Assembly: GCA_963805855.1 (NCBI GenBank) | Contig: CAWDVW010000007.1 | Location: 224,001 to 288,000, forward strand | From: Candidatus Dadabacteria bacterium | GTDB lineage: Bacteria; Desulfobacterota_D; UBA1144; Nemesobacterales; CSP1-2 | Direction: 5' to 3' | DNA length: 64,000 nucleotides | Part shown: one piece after another, positions 48,718 to 59,445 of the stretch | Position numbering within the stretch: position 1 is the stretch's first letter | Layout of the letters: each line of letters opens with the position of its first letter | Program-made: the position numbers and the translations under genes | Notes under the pieces: model-generated | The model's input: only the letters and a program-made list of their open reading frames with translations | Told to the model about the DNA's origin: nothing | The model's database searches: none

Positions 48718-48927
48718 ATGGCAAGAGTAACAATTGAAGATTGCCTCGAAAAGGTAGAAAACAGGTTTGCGCTATCCATTACAGCTATGAAAAGAGCAAA
48801 GCAGATTGCTGAGGGAGCCGCTCCCCTTTCGCAAGAGACCGATAATAAGCCTATAGTACTTGCATTGAGAGAGATTGCCGAAGGTAAAGTAAAGGTTAAG
48901 TATCCAAAATCCCCAGAGAAAAAGTAG
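48718..48927 (+). CDS. rpoZ: RNA polymerase subunit omega
   Basis: [10 protein letters not shown]...NRF...KRAKQI...[13 protein letters not shown]. Confidence 0.96.
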   Translation: MARVTIEDCLEKVENRFALSITAMKRAKQIAEGAAPLSQETDNKPIVLALREIAEGKVKVKYPKSPEKK

Positions 48928-49309
48928 CTGTGGATGTTTCCTGATTAGGGTTTTTGCTTCTAAAACAACGCATGGGAATATCAATTGGTTTGATTGTTCA
49001 TAGCCTGTAATCTATTTTCCACTCACTCCCTAAGATCGTTTTTAAGTGATTTCAATGAGCAATTCTAGAATTACATTAATTCGGCATTTTAGAATCATAT
49101 CGTCATTGATTGTAATTCAGAAGTAATTAGGGTTCTGAAACGAATTTAATTTTGTAGATTTTTACGATGAATGTTCCATGAATTCATGTGGAGTGCGTCA
49201 TTGCTGTAGCTGTAAGATAATCCGGGGACAGTATCTTAGATCTTAAATGGGCATTCAAAAAATTGCCAAAATCAATTCCGGAAGCGTTAAAAAAAGTGAC
49301 AATCATTAC

Positions 49310-49488
49310 TGTCATCTCGAAGGAGCAAAGTGACTGAGAGAACTAATTAATTATAGCAATAGATATCTCGCATTCGCTCGATACGCAAGCGTTTTTTGTT
49401 AGCCCTTGATTTTTGTTTCTTTGTATCAAGACAAAGAAAATAAAAAATTAAAGAATGGATCCCCGATTAAAACATTCGGGGATGACGG
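49310..49488. repeat. GTCAT-type palindromic repeats
   Basis: tgtcatctcga at 49310; agatatctcgcattcgctcga (49361-49381) has one mismatch to the reverse complement of 19801-19821; atccccga/tcggggatgac hairpin at 49459-49486. Confidence 0.7.
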
Positions 49489-49665
49489 ATAAGCAAATTT
49501 CCAGGAAATTTATTGTTGTTAGGATTTCGTCCACGAAATATCTAAGATCTAAAGCGATGACATGAGAGACCTTTTGTTTATGTACCGATATCTTATAGGG
49601 GCCTGCATGAAGTTTTATTTTCCATACAGTTTTGAATTCATTAGAATCAAAGTTAGGGTTTGTTC

Positions 49666-51615
49666 ATGATTAAGGTGGGAATAGATACGGGAGGGACTTT
49701 CACGGATTTTGTTTTTTCCAATGGAAAAGATCAGTTCACCCATAAAATATCCTCGACTCCCCATGACCCTTCTCAGGCTATCATTCAGGGGCTGATTGAG
49801 ATTCTGGGAAAGGAATTCAAAAGAACCGAAATTATTCATGGAACGACTGTAGGAACAAATGCACTGCTAGAGCGAAAAGGTGCAAAAGTGGCACTCATAA
49901 CTACAAAAGGGTTTGAAGATGTGCTTGAAATTGGAAGACAGAACAGGGGGGAATTATATAATCTCTTCTGGCAGCCCCAGGAGCCGCTTGTTTCGAGAAC
50001 GCTGAGGTTTGGAGTAAGTGAGCGGGTTGATTACGAGGGACGAATATTAAAGAGGGTGGAAATAGGAGAGATTAGAAAACTGTTAGGAAGACTTAAAAAG
50101 TTAAAAGTCGAGTGCGTTGCAATATCATTTCTTCACTCATACAAGAATCCCAAAAATGAAATTGATGCGGAAAAGATTCTCAGTTCCTTAGGTTTACCCA
50201 TTTCTACTTCATCCAGGATCCTTCCGGAGTTCAGGGAATATGAAAGGACATCAACGATAGTCGCCAATTCTTACCTTCAGCCCAAGGTAAGGGTTTATAT
50301 GAATTCGTTAGCTGAAAATCTCCCTGAATCTCGTGTACTTGTTATGCAATCGAGTGGCGGAGTCACTTCTCCAAAGCAAGCGGGGGAGGAGCCGGTAAGG
50401 ATTATATACTCAGGTCCTGCCGGAGGAGTTGTCGGAGGTTACAGGGTTTCGGAGATGATGGGTTATAAGAGGGTTATAACTTATGATATGGGCGGAACGT
50501 CTACAGACATCGCGCTTTGTGACGGTTCCCTCATGTTTACAACAGAAAACAAGATAGACGGGATTCCTATTACGATGCCAATGCTTGACGTTATAACAAT
50601 TGGTGCGGGTGGTGGGTCGATCGCCTATGTCGATTCTGGGGGAGTGTTGAAGGTGGGTCCCGAGAGTGCGGGTGCCGACCCAGGGCCTGCCTGTTATGGG
50701 AGAGGAAGTTTTCCGACGGTGACGGATGCTAATGTTGTTCTGGGGAGGATTAACGCCAAATGGTTTCTGGGAGGACAGATGAAAATTTTTCCTGAGAAAT
50801 CAAGATCGGCTCTCAGGAGACTTGCAGATAGACTTAATACGTCTCTTTTAAGGCTGGCGGATGGCATAATAAAGGTTTCCAACTCCAATATGGAAAGAGC
50901 CCTCAGGGTAGCCTCCGTCGGGAGAGGTTATGATCCCAGGGATTTTGCACTTTTCTCTTTCGGTGGTGCCGGTGGTCTTCATGCGTGCGAACTAGCAGTT
51001 GGATTGGGAATAAAAAAAGTAATATTTCCGAAAGATCCCGGCGTATTTTCTGCCCTTGGAATGCTCATGGCCGAATCCTTCAAGGATTATAGTCAAACAA
51101 TATTCCTGAGCGGAAAGCAAATCAATCTGGGTTCGATAGAAAAGGGGTTTAAGGCATTAGAGAAAAAGGCTCGGGAAGATTTTCCATCTGGAGACTTGAG
51201 ATTCGACCGTTTTATCGATGCGAGATATAAAAGGCAATCTCATGAAATAACAATACCCTTCAGCGATGGTTTTAAAAAGGCGTTTCATAGAACTCATAAG
51301 AAAAAGTATGGATATGAGAAATCGCATGACGAGATAGAGATTGTCACACTCAGGCTGAGGGCTGTGTTAAGGTCAAAAGGAAGGATAAGACTTCCACTGT
51401 TAGACAACCCACAAAGAAAAATTGCGCCTGATAAGACTAAATTGTTCTTAAATAACAAGAGGCTTGGTGTCAATTCATATGTTAGAGATGATTTCTATAG
51501 GGGGTTTACTTTTAAGGGACCAGCGTTGGTTTTTGAGAATACATCGACGCTGTTTATTCCTCCTCAATTTAGATGCGAGATCGATAAATGGGGGAATATA
51601 TTAGCTACTGTATGA
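49666..51615 (+). CDS. Hydantoinase A/5-oxoprolinase ATP-dependent subunit
   Basis: GIDTGGTFTD, HGTTVGTNALLE, SGPAGG, DMGGTSTD, SAGADPGPACY. Confidence 0.93.
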   Translation: MIKVGIDTGGTFTDFVFSNGKDQFTHKISSTPHDPSQAIIQGLIEILGKEFKRTEIIHGTTVGTNALLERKGAKVALITTKGFEDVLEIGRQNRGELYNLFWQPQEPLVSRTLRFGVSERVDYEGRILKRVEIGEIRKLLGRLKKLKVECVAISFLHSYKNPKNEIDAEKILSSLGLPISTSSRILPEFREYERTSTIVANSYLQPKVRVYMNSLAENLPESRVLVMQSSGGVTSPKQAGEEPVRIIYSGPAGGVVGGYRVSEMMGYKRVITYDMGGTSTDIALCDGSLMFTTENKIDGIPITMPMLDVITIGAGGGSIAYVDSGGVLKVGPESAGADPGPACYGRGSFPTVTDANVVLGRINAKWFLGGQMKIFPEKSRSALRRLADRLNTSLLRLADGIIKVSNSNMERALRVASVGRGYDPRDFALFSFGGAGGLHACELAVGLGIKKVIFPKDPGVFSALGMLMAESFKDYSQTIFLSGKQINLGSIEKGFKALEKKAREDFPSGDLRFDRFIDARYKRQSHEITIPFSDGFKKAFHRTHKKKYGYEKSHDEIEIVTLRLRAVLRSKGRIRLPLLDNPQRKIAPDKTKLFLNNKRLGVNSYVRDDFYRGFTFKGPALVFENTSTLFIPPQFRCEIDKWGNILATV

Positions 51616-51784
51616 TTTAATTATGCATAGTTAAGTTTCTGAAAATCGAACATCGTTCATTGCTTTTACTCCTCAACTGCCTTTGGCATGCTACAGGGTT
51701 TCCTATGTCGGCGGCGGTTCGCTAAATTGAGTGTTTACTCCGCAAAGCAATCCTTCCAATGAGATGTGAAATACAGATTATCAA

Positions 51785-51937
51785 TCCGCCAGCAAGCCTG
51801 TGCTGAGTTTGCCGGACGGACTAGCTGAACCTTACGAGTTTTTGCGTAAATGTTCTCTTCGGGTAGGTCACGAGTCTTGCTCGTGACGGAAGAGGTTCGT
51901 CCCCTTCGAAGGTGATTATCCTGAGTCACCGAGGGAC
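51785..51937. repeat. Three consecutive hairpins including a GTAG-REP
   Basis: gtag-gtcacgag-tcttg-ctcgtgac (51863-51887); gtccc..ggtga/tcacc..gggac (51899-51937); tccgccagcaag/tttgccggacgga (51785-51820). Confidence 0.65.
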
Positions 51938-52003
51938 TTAGAGCTCGTCGCAAGTGAATCTAATGTTTGTCTATGTGCTGATACGCCGTAGCCTCGTGCA
52001 GCT

Positions 52004-52711
52004 TTATTCATCGCGTTGAAATAATTTGCCGGCGATATCAAAGTCCATTGGGTAGGTGATTTTAATGTTTTTTTCGTCTCCTCTGATAGTATATACAGGC
52101 TGTCCAATTCTTAATACAAGAGATGAATCGTCGGTAGAGTTTTTTATTCCGTCCTCTAAAGCCTTTTGATGCGCCTCTTTGATTAGATCATAGCTAAAGG
52201 CTTGAGGGGTTTGAATCCGCCTTAACGTTGACCTGTTCGGTATGTTGATAATAAATCCTTTCCGATCGGTCTCTATCATGGTGTCTATCGAAGGGATTAC
52301 GGGGACGACAGCATGATGTTTGTCTAGAGCTTTAAGTAATCTATTCAAAAGATTGTTTGTAATAAAGGGTCTTACCGCATCATGTATTAGAACGAACTTT
52401 GTGTCGTTTCCACATGCATCAATCCCATTCTTGGATGATTCCTGTCTCGTTTTACCGCCCCGGATAATTTTCTTGACTTTCGCTAAGCGGTGGCGATTAA
52501 CAAATTCCCATGCTTTGTCTATGTACTCTGAGAGTGTCACGATTATTAATTCGTCAATATTGCTGCATTTTTCGAATGGTTTCAACGTTTGAATTAACAG
52601 GGGAGATCCCGATAAATCTAAAAATTGTTTGGGGACATCCTTATTTATTCTGCTTCCACTTCCCGATGCTAATATCACTGCCTTGACTTTTTTCTTCTTC
52701 TTTCGTTTCAT
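52004..52711 (-). CDS. ispD: IspD/TarI family cytidylyltransferase
   Basis: ILASGSGSRI...PKQF, GGKTRQES, IHDAVRPF, QTPQAF, TDD, NIKIT. Confidence 0.8.
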   Translation of the reverse strand: MKRKKKKKVKAVILASGSGSRINKDVPKQFLDLSGSPLLIQTLKPFEKCSNIDELIIVTLSEYIDKAWEFVNRHRLAKVKKIIRGGKTRQESSKNGIDACGNDTKFVLIHDAVRPFITNNLLNRLLKALDKHHAVVPVIPSIDTMIETDRKGFIINIPNRSTLRRIQTPQAFSYDLIKEAHQKALEDGIKNSTDDSSLVLRIGQPVYTIRGDEKNIKITYPMDFDIAGKLFQRDE

Positions 52712-52962
52712 GGATTTGTTAAGTATTGATTTTCCATAATCCTGAAATTTGAAATGTAAGATACGTTTTAGCCTTTTGGGCTCAGATTAGGAGCAAAGCA
52801 TTTTTGTGCGATTCTCGGTGTATCTCATAGGCTGTTAAGGATAACATTTATATTATATTCTGATATATTTAAGTTTAACTTTTTGTTATAAGAAGAGCAT
52901 CTATTATTGGTGAATTTCGTTTTGTTATTCGAAATATATGGATTGTTGTTTGGTGAACTAAA

Positions 52963-54339
52963 GTGTTGGATTTGAGTAAGCTGATATTACTAGGTGAAAA
53001 CCTCATCGGGGTTAAAGGGAGAGAGGATAGTCTACGATTCACTCTTATGCGGAACGCTGGCGGTACCTTTATACTCAAGGTAGCTTCAACAGCTCTAATA
53101 TTTCTTATGACCCTTCTTTTGGCACGCCTGCTAGGGTCAACAGGATATGGTACTTACGCCTATGCCTTGGCTTGGTTTGGCATATTAAGCGTTCTGTGTG
53201 TCTTTGGATTGGACAAACTGCTTGTTCGGGAAGTATCGATTTTCAACGCACGATCAGCATGGGGCTTGATGCGTGGCATCCTGCGCTGGTCAAATTTTAC
53301 CGCTCTAGTCGTCTCGGCAGGGTTTGCACTCTTGGCTGGAATCACTATATGGATTGTAAGTGAACGTCTCGAATCTCAGATGACCTATACCCTTTTGGTT
53401 GCCCTTATAATGTTGCCTTTGATCGTGCTCCTGCGATTAAGACAGGCCGCCATGAGGGGACTTCACTACGTAGTTGGCGGACAACTGCCGGAGATGCTTA
53501 TTATGCCTATCTCCTTTTTTATAATAATTGGCATCATGTATCTGTTTATAAGAAATGCACTTAGTGCGCCAATAGCTATGACAGCGCAGGTAGCCGCTGT
53601 CGCATTTGCTTTAATCGTGGGAGTTCGACAGTTACAGATATTCCTCCCACCATCTGCTAAAGAAGCGTATCCTGTCTATCAAGGCTGGACTTGGATGCAC
53701 ATTGTAATGCCATTGGTTTTTCTTGATTTTATGACGATGATTAATTCTCAGATAGATATAATATTGCTGGGATTGATGAGGAGCACAGGAAGCGTGGGTA
53801 TTTATGCCGTTGCAAAAAAGGGCGCGGGACTTATCACGTTCGTACTCATAGCGGTAAACATCGCATTGGCGCCTACGATCGCTCGCATGTATGCGGCCGG
53901 TGAGATGGATAAACTACAGCGCATGATCACAAAGAGCGCACGAATAATTCTAATCGGTTCCCTACCCATCGCGATAGTACTCATAATATTTGGCCACTGG
54001 TTCTTGTTATTTTTCTTTGGCCAGGATTTTATCCAGGGCGAGAGGGCGCTTGCTATATTAGGCGCTGGTCAGCTTATAAATGCAGCAACGGGATCTGTCG
54101 GTCTATTGCTTATCATGACTGGCTACGAGCGTGACGCTGCCTTGTGCGTTGGCATCAGCGCGGCGGTGAATATCATTCTCAACCTTATTCTAATACCAAG
54201 GTGGGGGTTGGAGGGTGCTGCTGCCGCTACAGCAACGGCTGTTATATTGTGGAATATCCTGTTAACGGTTCTGGTATATAGGAGGCTTGGAATTCATCCT
54301 ACTGCGGTCGGGGAAATAAGATTGTGGAAAGAAGTGTGA
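52963..54339 (+). CDS. Polysaccharide flippase (Wzx-like, MOP superfamily)
   Basis: Many TM helices; LARLLG-x-x-x-YG, VGIYAVA, LIPRWGLEGAA; start uncertain. Confidence 0.9.
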   Translation: MLDLSKLILLGENLIGVKGREDSLRFTLMRNAGGTFILKVASTALIFLMTLLLARLLGSTGYGTYAYALAWFGILSVLCVFGLDKLLVREVSIFNARSAWGLMRGILRWSNFTALVVSAGFALLAGITIWIVSERLESQMTYTLLVALIMLPLIVLLRLRQAAMRGLHYVVGGQLPEMLIMPISFFIIIGIMYLFIRNALSAPIAMTAQVAAVAFALIVGVRQLQIFLPPSAKEAYPVYQGWTWMHIVMPLVFLDFMTMINSQIDIILLGLMRSTGSVGIYAVAKKGAGLITFVLIAVNIALAPTIARMYAAGEMDKLQRMITKSARIILIGSLPIAIVLIIFGHWFLLFFFGQDFIQGERALAILGAGQLINAATGSVGLLLIMTGYERDAALCVGISAAVNIILNLILIPRWGLEGAAAATATAVILWNILLTVLVYRRLGIHPTAVGEIRLWKEV

Positions 54340-55253
54340 GGAAACCAGACTTTTTCATAGTAGGAGCCCCGAAGTGCGGCACCACTGCGATGCAAGATTA
54401 TCTTAGCCAGCATCCGGATATCTTTATGCCTGAGGTGAAACCACCTCTTTTTCTAGGAAAGGAATTTCATTTCTTTGGGAGTGACCTTAAGTTTAATAGG
54501 CCGACGCTTACGGAAGAAAAATATCTCTCTTATTTTCAGGGAGCAAAACATGAGAAACGGGTTGGCGAGGCGTCGACATGGTATCTGTACTCGAAGCGTG
54601 CGGCTTATGAGATTAAGAGGTTCAATCCAACGGCGAGCATCATCATTATGCTAAGGAACCCTGTGGATATGATCTATTCTGTGCACTCACAAGCCGTTTA
54701 TAACAGTGATGAAGACATTAGCGATTTTAAAACCGCCTTGGATGCAGAACCAGACCGAAAACTCGGTCTTCGTCTACCAAAACGCAGGTTAGTAGCAGCT
54801 GAGCGTTTTTTTTATAGAGAAGTCGGGCGTTATTACGAACAAGTTAAAAGATACTTTGATGTCTTTGGCAGCGGAAATACTATTGTTATTATTTTTGATG
54901 ACTTCAAAACTAATACAGCTAAAGTTTATAAAGAAACGCTTCGCTTTTTGGGTGTAAATGAAAATTTCCAACCGGGTTTTGAGATCATTAACTCCAATAA
55001 GCGGGCCCGTAGCAAGTTTGTGGCGAAATTATTAAGAAATCCCCCGCAGGTCACTCAATCGTTGGCAAAGCTACTAATTCCTCAGCAATTATGTCAAGGT
55101 TTAATCGAAGCGATCAAAAAGCATAACACTATATATGAGCCTAGACCACCCATGGAGCCTGAGTTAAGAAAATCTTTACAAGGAGATTTTGCACTCGAGA
55201 TTGAGAAACTGAGTGAACTATTAGGAAGGGATCTTACCCACTGGAGCAAGTAG
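54336..55253 (+). CDS. PAPS-dependent sulfotransferase
   Basis: 5'-PSB loop GAPKCGTT, GEAS-x-x-Y, 3'-PB motif LRNPVD-x-x-x-S; GTGA overlap with the flippase stop. Confidence 0.92.
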   Translation: MRKPDFFIVGAPKCGTTAMQDYLSQHPDIFMPEVKPPLFLGKEFHFFGSDLKFNRPTLTEEKYLSYFQGAKHEKRVGEASTWYLYSKRAAYEIKRFNPTASIIIMLRNPVDMIYSVHSQAVYNSDEDISDFKTALDAEPDRKLGLRLPKRRLVAAERFFYREVGRYYEQVKRYFDVFGSGNTIVIIFDDFKTNTAKVYKETLRFLGVNENFQPGFEIINSNKRARSKFVAKLLRNPPQVTQSLAKLLIPQQLCQGLIEAIKKHNTIYEPRPPMEPELRKSLQGDFALEIEKLSELLGRDLTHWSK

Positions 55254-55330
55254 CGTAAGGAATAAATAAACACATTACTCCGTGCTCAAAGTAATAAGTT
55301 CACTAAGCCAATTAATATTTTCAAACGAAA

Positions 55331-56086
55331 ATGAGCTATGAACCAAAATCTTATTGGGGAAAAAGGCTAAAAGGGGACTTTTCGCTAGCACAAACTGGTC
55401 ACCTTGGGTTTAGCCTTGTTTATAATAAATGGTCCTATAAAGCGAAAGTTCGAGTCCTTGAAAAAACTTTGAATGATTTGAAGATAAATTGTCAGGGGAA
55501 ATCGGTTTTAGACATCGGATGTGGCACAGGCTTTTGGATTGAATTCTACAAGTCGAAAGGAGCCGACCCAATAGTAGGAGTTGATATTACCGGCATTGGT
55601 ATGGAAAGACTAATGGAGGAACATCCGCAACTTGAATTCTTCGAGCTCGATATAGGCGAGGTGGACATAGACCTAGATAAAAGGTTTGATATAGTTAATG
55701 TTTTTGATGTCTTGTATCACATAAAAGATCGGTCGAAGTTTGGTCATGCGATATCTAATATCGCACATTTGTCAAACACGGGTTCTCATATCTTTATGAC
55801 CGATGCATTGATCGACAAGTGTGAATACGAGCATGTTTTCTTCAGAAGCCTAAAAACATACGAGGAGGAACTTAAGCGAAATGGTCTGAGGCTAGTAGAA
55901 GTTATTCCACTTTATTACTTATTAAACAGGGAATATCCTTTTCTTTTGAAAGCTATTAAATTCGCGCTTCTAAAAATCAAAGTTAATATGGATGACGTAA
56001 TGGCTCCGATTATTTATGGCCTTGATAAAGTTCTTTTATCGCTTAATAGATCCCATCTTAAGCTTGTCATCTCTGCAAAAGAATGA
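55331..56086 (+). CDS. Class I SAM-dependent methyltransferase
   Basis: VLDIGCGTG, GVDI, FDIV-x-x-FDVLYHI. Confidence 0.88.
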   Translation: MSYEPKSYWGKRLKGDFSLAQTGHLGFSLVYNKWSYKAKVRVLEKTLNDLKINCQGKSVLDIGCGTGFWIEFYKSKGADPIVGVDITGIGMERLMEEHPQLEFFELDIGEVDIDLDKRFDIVNVFDVLYHIKDRSKFGHAISNIAHLSNTGSHIFMTDALIDKCEYEHVFFRSLKTYEEELKRNGLRLVEVIPLYYLLNREYPFLLKAIKFALLKIKVNMDDVMAPIIYGLDKVLLSLNRSHLKLVISAKE

Positions 56087-57336
56087 AAGTAGCTCTTATC
56101 CTTTCATACTTTCCAAGCCTTACAGAAACCTTCATACTAAATCAGGTAACGGGACTTTTAGACATGGGACATGAAGTAGAAATTTTTTCTTCCGAAAATC
56201 CCAATGAAAAAAAAATACATCCCGACGTAGAGGATTATGGTCTTTTGCAGCGAACTCATTTTATGCCTCACAATAAAGTGAACCGCGTATTGAAAGCTGC
56301 CTATCTAATAAACCGGAATTTCTATAAAAGTCCGCTTAAGATCTTAAGATCGTTAAATATGTTCAGATATGGAGCCCATGCTTTATCATTGAGGCTCGTA
56401 TACTCTTTGATTCCTTTGTTAGAAAAGACATTTGATATAATTCACTGCCATTTTGGACCTAATGGAACCGTCGGTGAAAATCTGAAAGCGATTGGAATTC
56501 AGGGAAAGTACATAACCAGTTTCCATGGATATGATGTAAATATCTACCCTAAGATGGTGGGTGAAAATGTTTATAAAGATTTGTTCGAAAAAGGGGATGT
56601 GTTTATTTGTAATACGAATTTTACAAGAGAGCGGCTGGTGGAGCTTGGCTGCGATAGGAAAAAGATTATCATTTTACCGGCAGGGCTTCGCATTGGGCGA
56701 TTTAGTTTCAGAGAAAGGAGACTTCAAGAGAAAGAACCTATTAAAATATTAACCGTGGCGAGGTTGGTTGAGGAAAAAGGACATCGATATGCAATTCAAG
56801 CGCTTTCGAAATTAATTAAGAGTGGTATGGATCTTCAGTATATTATCGCCGGAGATGGACCATTGAGACGGGAGTTAGATAATTTAGTTTCGAAATTAGG
56901 AATGGGGAGGCATGTTAATTTTTTAGGTGCCATTGACCAGAATGAGGCCTTAGACCTTTATCAACAGGCACATATATTCATACTCCCCGGTGTAATCGGG
57001 AGGAATGGTGGAACGGAAGGACAAGGATTGGTACTTCAGGAGGCCCAAGCTGTCGGACTTCCCATAGTATCGACATCAGTCGGCGGGATACCAGAAGGGA
57101 TGCTTGACGGCAAGTCAGGCTTTCTTGTCCCGGAAAGGGATGTGGATGCATTAAGCGACAGGCTTCGATACCTGGTCGAACATCCTGAATTATGGCCGGA
57201 GATGGGGAGATGCGGGAGAAGGTTAGTAGAGGAGAAATATGATATTAAGATGTTAAATTCTAAGTTGGTTCGGATCTATGATGCATTATTAACTGATAAC
57301 TTGGCTGCTTTGGAAGAGCTTCGAGGGTCGCAGTAG
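56083..57336 (+). CDS. Glycosyltransferase family 4 (WcaL-like)
   Basis: FP-x-LTETFI, HCHFG, FHGYD, ARLVEEKG, EGQGLVLQEAQA. Confidence 0.9.
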   Translation: MKVALILSYFPSLTETFILNQVTGLLDMGHEVEIFSSENPNEKKIHPDVEDYGLLQRTHFMPHNKVNRVLKAAYLINRNFYKSPLKILRSLNMFRYGAHALSLRLVYSLIPLLEKTFDIIHCHFGPNGTVGENLKAIGIQGKYITSFHGYDVNIYPKMVGENVYKDLFEKGDVFICNTNFTRERLVELGCDRKKIIILPAGLRIGRFSFRERRLQEKEPIKILTVARLVEEKGHRYAIQALSKLIKSGMDLQYIIAGDGPLRRELDNLVSKLGMGRHVNFLGAIDQNEALDLYQQAHIFILPGVIGRNGGTEGQGLVLQEAQAVGLPIVSTSVGGIPEGMLDGKSGFLVPERDVDALSDRLRYLVEHPELWPEMGRCGRRLVEEKYDIKMLNSKLVRIYDALLTDNLAALEELRGSQ

Positions 57337-57491
57337 GATTAAAATCCGTTCCACCGTAGATAGGCTTTTTAAGCTTATCCCTTCACTCAATCTGTATGCG
57401 CATCGCGGCTCTGGCTCTGCTGTATTTGTAGTATTGTTTTTTATTGGTTAACGGGTTGCTAATATATGAATGCGTGACGCACTTGTAATAA

Positions 57492-58394
57492 TTAACTCAT
57501 TGTCCTGCCACCAAGTAGTAATCTCAATTTCTCCATAACTCTTAAAAGTCTTACGGAGAACCCAACTAATATAACTTTCAGTTTTTGTTCTGAATTCATT
57601 TGTTTAAATGTCTCATTCGAGGTAATGAAATGAATCGAGCTTATAGATGGAAACAGCTCTTTATAAGTATTTTCCACAAACGTGACAAACGTATTCCCAC
57701 CCCTGTTCATAATTAAATTATATTGGCCATCTGCGATTCGGATGTGTTTTTTATATAAGTCCCTTAAAGAGCGTCTTCCGGGGTGGCTCATACGGGTATC
57801 ATCAGCATAAAGTAGTTTGTAGCCTGATGAAAATACCCTTTGTCCCCATTCAATATCCCCACCTGATTTAAGGGTTTCGTCAAATTTGCCTGCATGTTCA
57901 ATGACAGTTTTGGTTGTAAAGACATTGGCTGTTGCGCCAAATCTCATAACCTCTACAAAATATTTCTGTGGAAAAGCTATAAAGCTTTCGTAAAGTTCGA
58001 CAGCGGTTGGTCTGTTTGAATTCTCGTAAAAGATTTCTATTTTCCCGGCAACCAGTCCGCAGTTAGGCACTTTGAGTAGGTTTGCTGCTCCTTTCTCAAG
58101 CCAGTCCGGGGCTGGGATACAATCCGAATCTGTAAAAGCAATTAACTCACCTTGAGCGATTGAGAGTCCTTTGTTCCGTGCTATATAGGAGCCAGGACGG
58201 GTTTCACTTATGTACGTGGCTTGACCGAAGTTGCTAACGAGTGCCTGAATGTCTTCCTCGGAACCATTGTCTACCACTATTACCTCATATAGATTTTTAG
58301 GGTAGGTCTGATTTTCAAGAGCCTCTAAACAGATCTTAAGCCTTTTGGAATCATTCAGAACAGGAATGATTACAGAAACGAAAGCGGTATTCAT
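57492..58394 (-). CDS. Glycosyltransferase family 2
   Basis: VSVIIPV, VVDNGS, ARNKG, FTDSDC. Confidence 0.9.
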   Translation of the reverse strand: MNTAFVSVIIPVLNDSKRLKICLEALENQTYPKNLYEVIVVDNGSEEDIQALVSNFGQATYISETRPGSYIARNKGLSIAQGELIAFTDSDCIPAPDWLEKGAANLLKVPNCGLVAGKIEIFYENSNRPTAVELYESFIAFPQKYFVEVMRFGATANVFTTKTVIEHAGKFDETLKSGGDIEWGQRVFSSGYKLLYADDTRMSHPGRRSLRDLYKKHIRIADGQYNLIMNRGGNTFVTFVENTYKELFPSISSIHFITSNETFKQMNSEQKLKVILVGFSVRLLRVMEKLRLLLGGRTMS

Positions 58395-58395
58395 T

Positions 58396-59445
58396 TTAAC
58401 TCATATCAGGAAATATGATTTCCTTGATGGCCTCTTCAAATTTTCTCTTGCTTTCATTAAGGTCATATTTTTTTGCTGTGCTCAGTCCATAGGTTTTCAA
58501 CTTTTCCCTTAGGTTCTGATCGCTTAGTATTATTTCAAGCTTTTCTCTCAGATCGGTTTCATTCCCACCGTTAGCTACTAGTCCGTTCTCTCCATCTTTT
58601 ACGTATGGAACAACATTGGTCGTTACAACCAGAGTTCCGCAGGCCATAGCTTCAAGCGGTAGTAGGCCGAACCCTTCGTGTCTTGTAGGATAGAAAAGGA
58701 CATCGGCGGTGCTGAGTATGCGTCTCAGGTTGTCCTCTCCAACCCAGCCAAAGTTCTTAACTTTGATATTCATAATTTCGTTTTCCAATGTTTCGCCGCA
58801 GGCCCAAACCTCTATTTTGTTCCTGAAATCATAACTTAGTTTGTTTATCACCTTTACTACACTATCAAGCCCCTTTCTGTAATCTTTCCTGGAGAGCACA
58901 ACTATTGCTTTCCTATTTTCTTTAATTGTAGAAAGTTTCTCGTCGGGATCGGGATAGAAGGTCTCTAAGTTTATTCCGTTCTCAACAAGTCTTGCACTGG
59001 CTTTGTATTTTTCTATTAGCTCTCGTATAAGCTCATTGGATACAGCTATCACCTTTACCTTCATAAGACTTAGACAGAAAAAGTAGAGGTTCCTTATAAG
59101 AAACCTTTTAAGTGGGTTCCTGTAATAAGATTCATCGTAGTCTTGAGCAAAGTATATCAGTCGGGTGTGATTTCTAATCGATAAAAAGGATGCTAACGGG
59201 ATGATATCCACGATAATAGCATCTGAGTGAAATTTCTTCACTAAAGAATGAATGATAGTTCCAATTTTCGTGGGGAGAGGAATCTTTGCCAGTATTATTT
59301 GTGGACGCAGTGTGAAGACCGTATTAATAGTGTTGTGCCATAACGTAACATTGTACCCTTTATCGGTAAGATAATTGGCATACTCAACCACCATTCTATC
59401 TCCGCCTCTGCTGAGTAACGTATGCCTATAAAAAGAAATTTCCAC
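58396..59445 (-). CDS. Glycosyltransferase family 4
   Basis: GG-x-R, RKG, EGFGLLPLEAMACG. Confidence 0.9.
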   Translation of the reverse strand: MEISFYRHTLLSRGGDRMVVEYANYLTDKGYNVTLWHNTINTVFTLRPQIILAKIPLPTKIGTIIHSLVKKFHSDAIIVDIIPLASFLSIRNHTRLIYFAQDYDESYYRNPLKRFLIRNLYFFCLSLMKVKVIAVSNELIRELIEKYKASARLVENGINLETFYPDPDEKLSTIKENRKAIVVLSRKDYRKGLDSVVKVINKLSYDFRNKIEVWACGETLENEIMNIKVKNFGWVGEDNLRRILSTADVLFYPTRHEGFGLLPLEAMACGTLVVTTNVVPYVKDGENGLVANGGNETDLREKLEIILSDQNLREKLKTYGLSTAKKYDLNESKRKFEEAIKEIIFPDMS

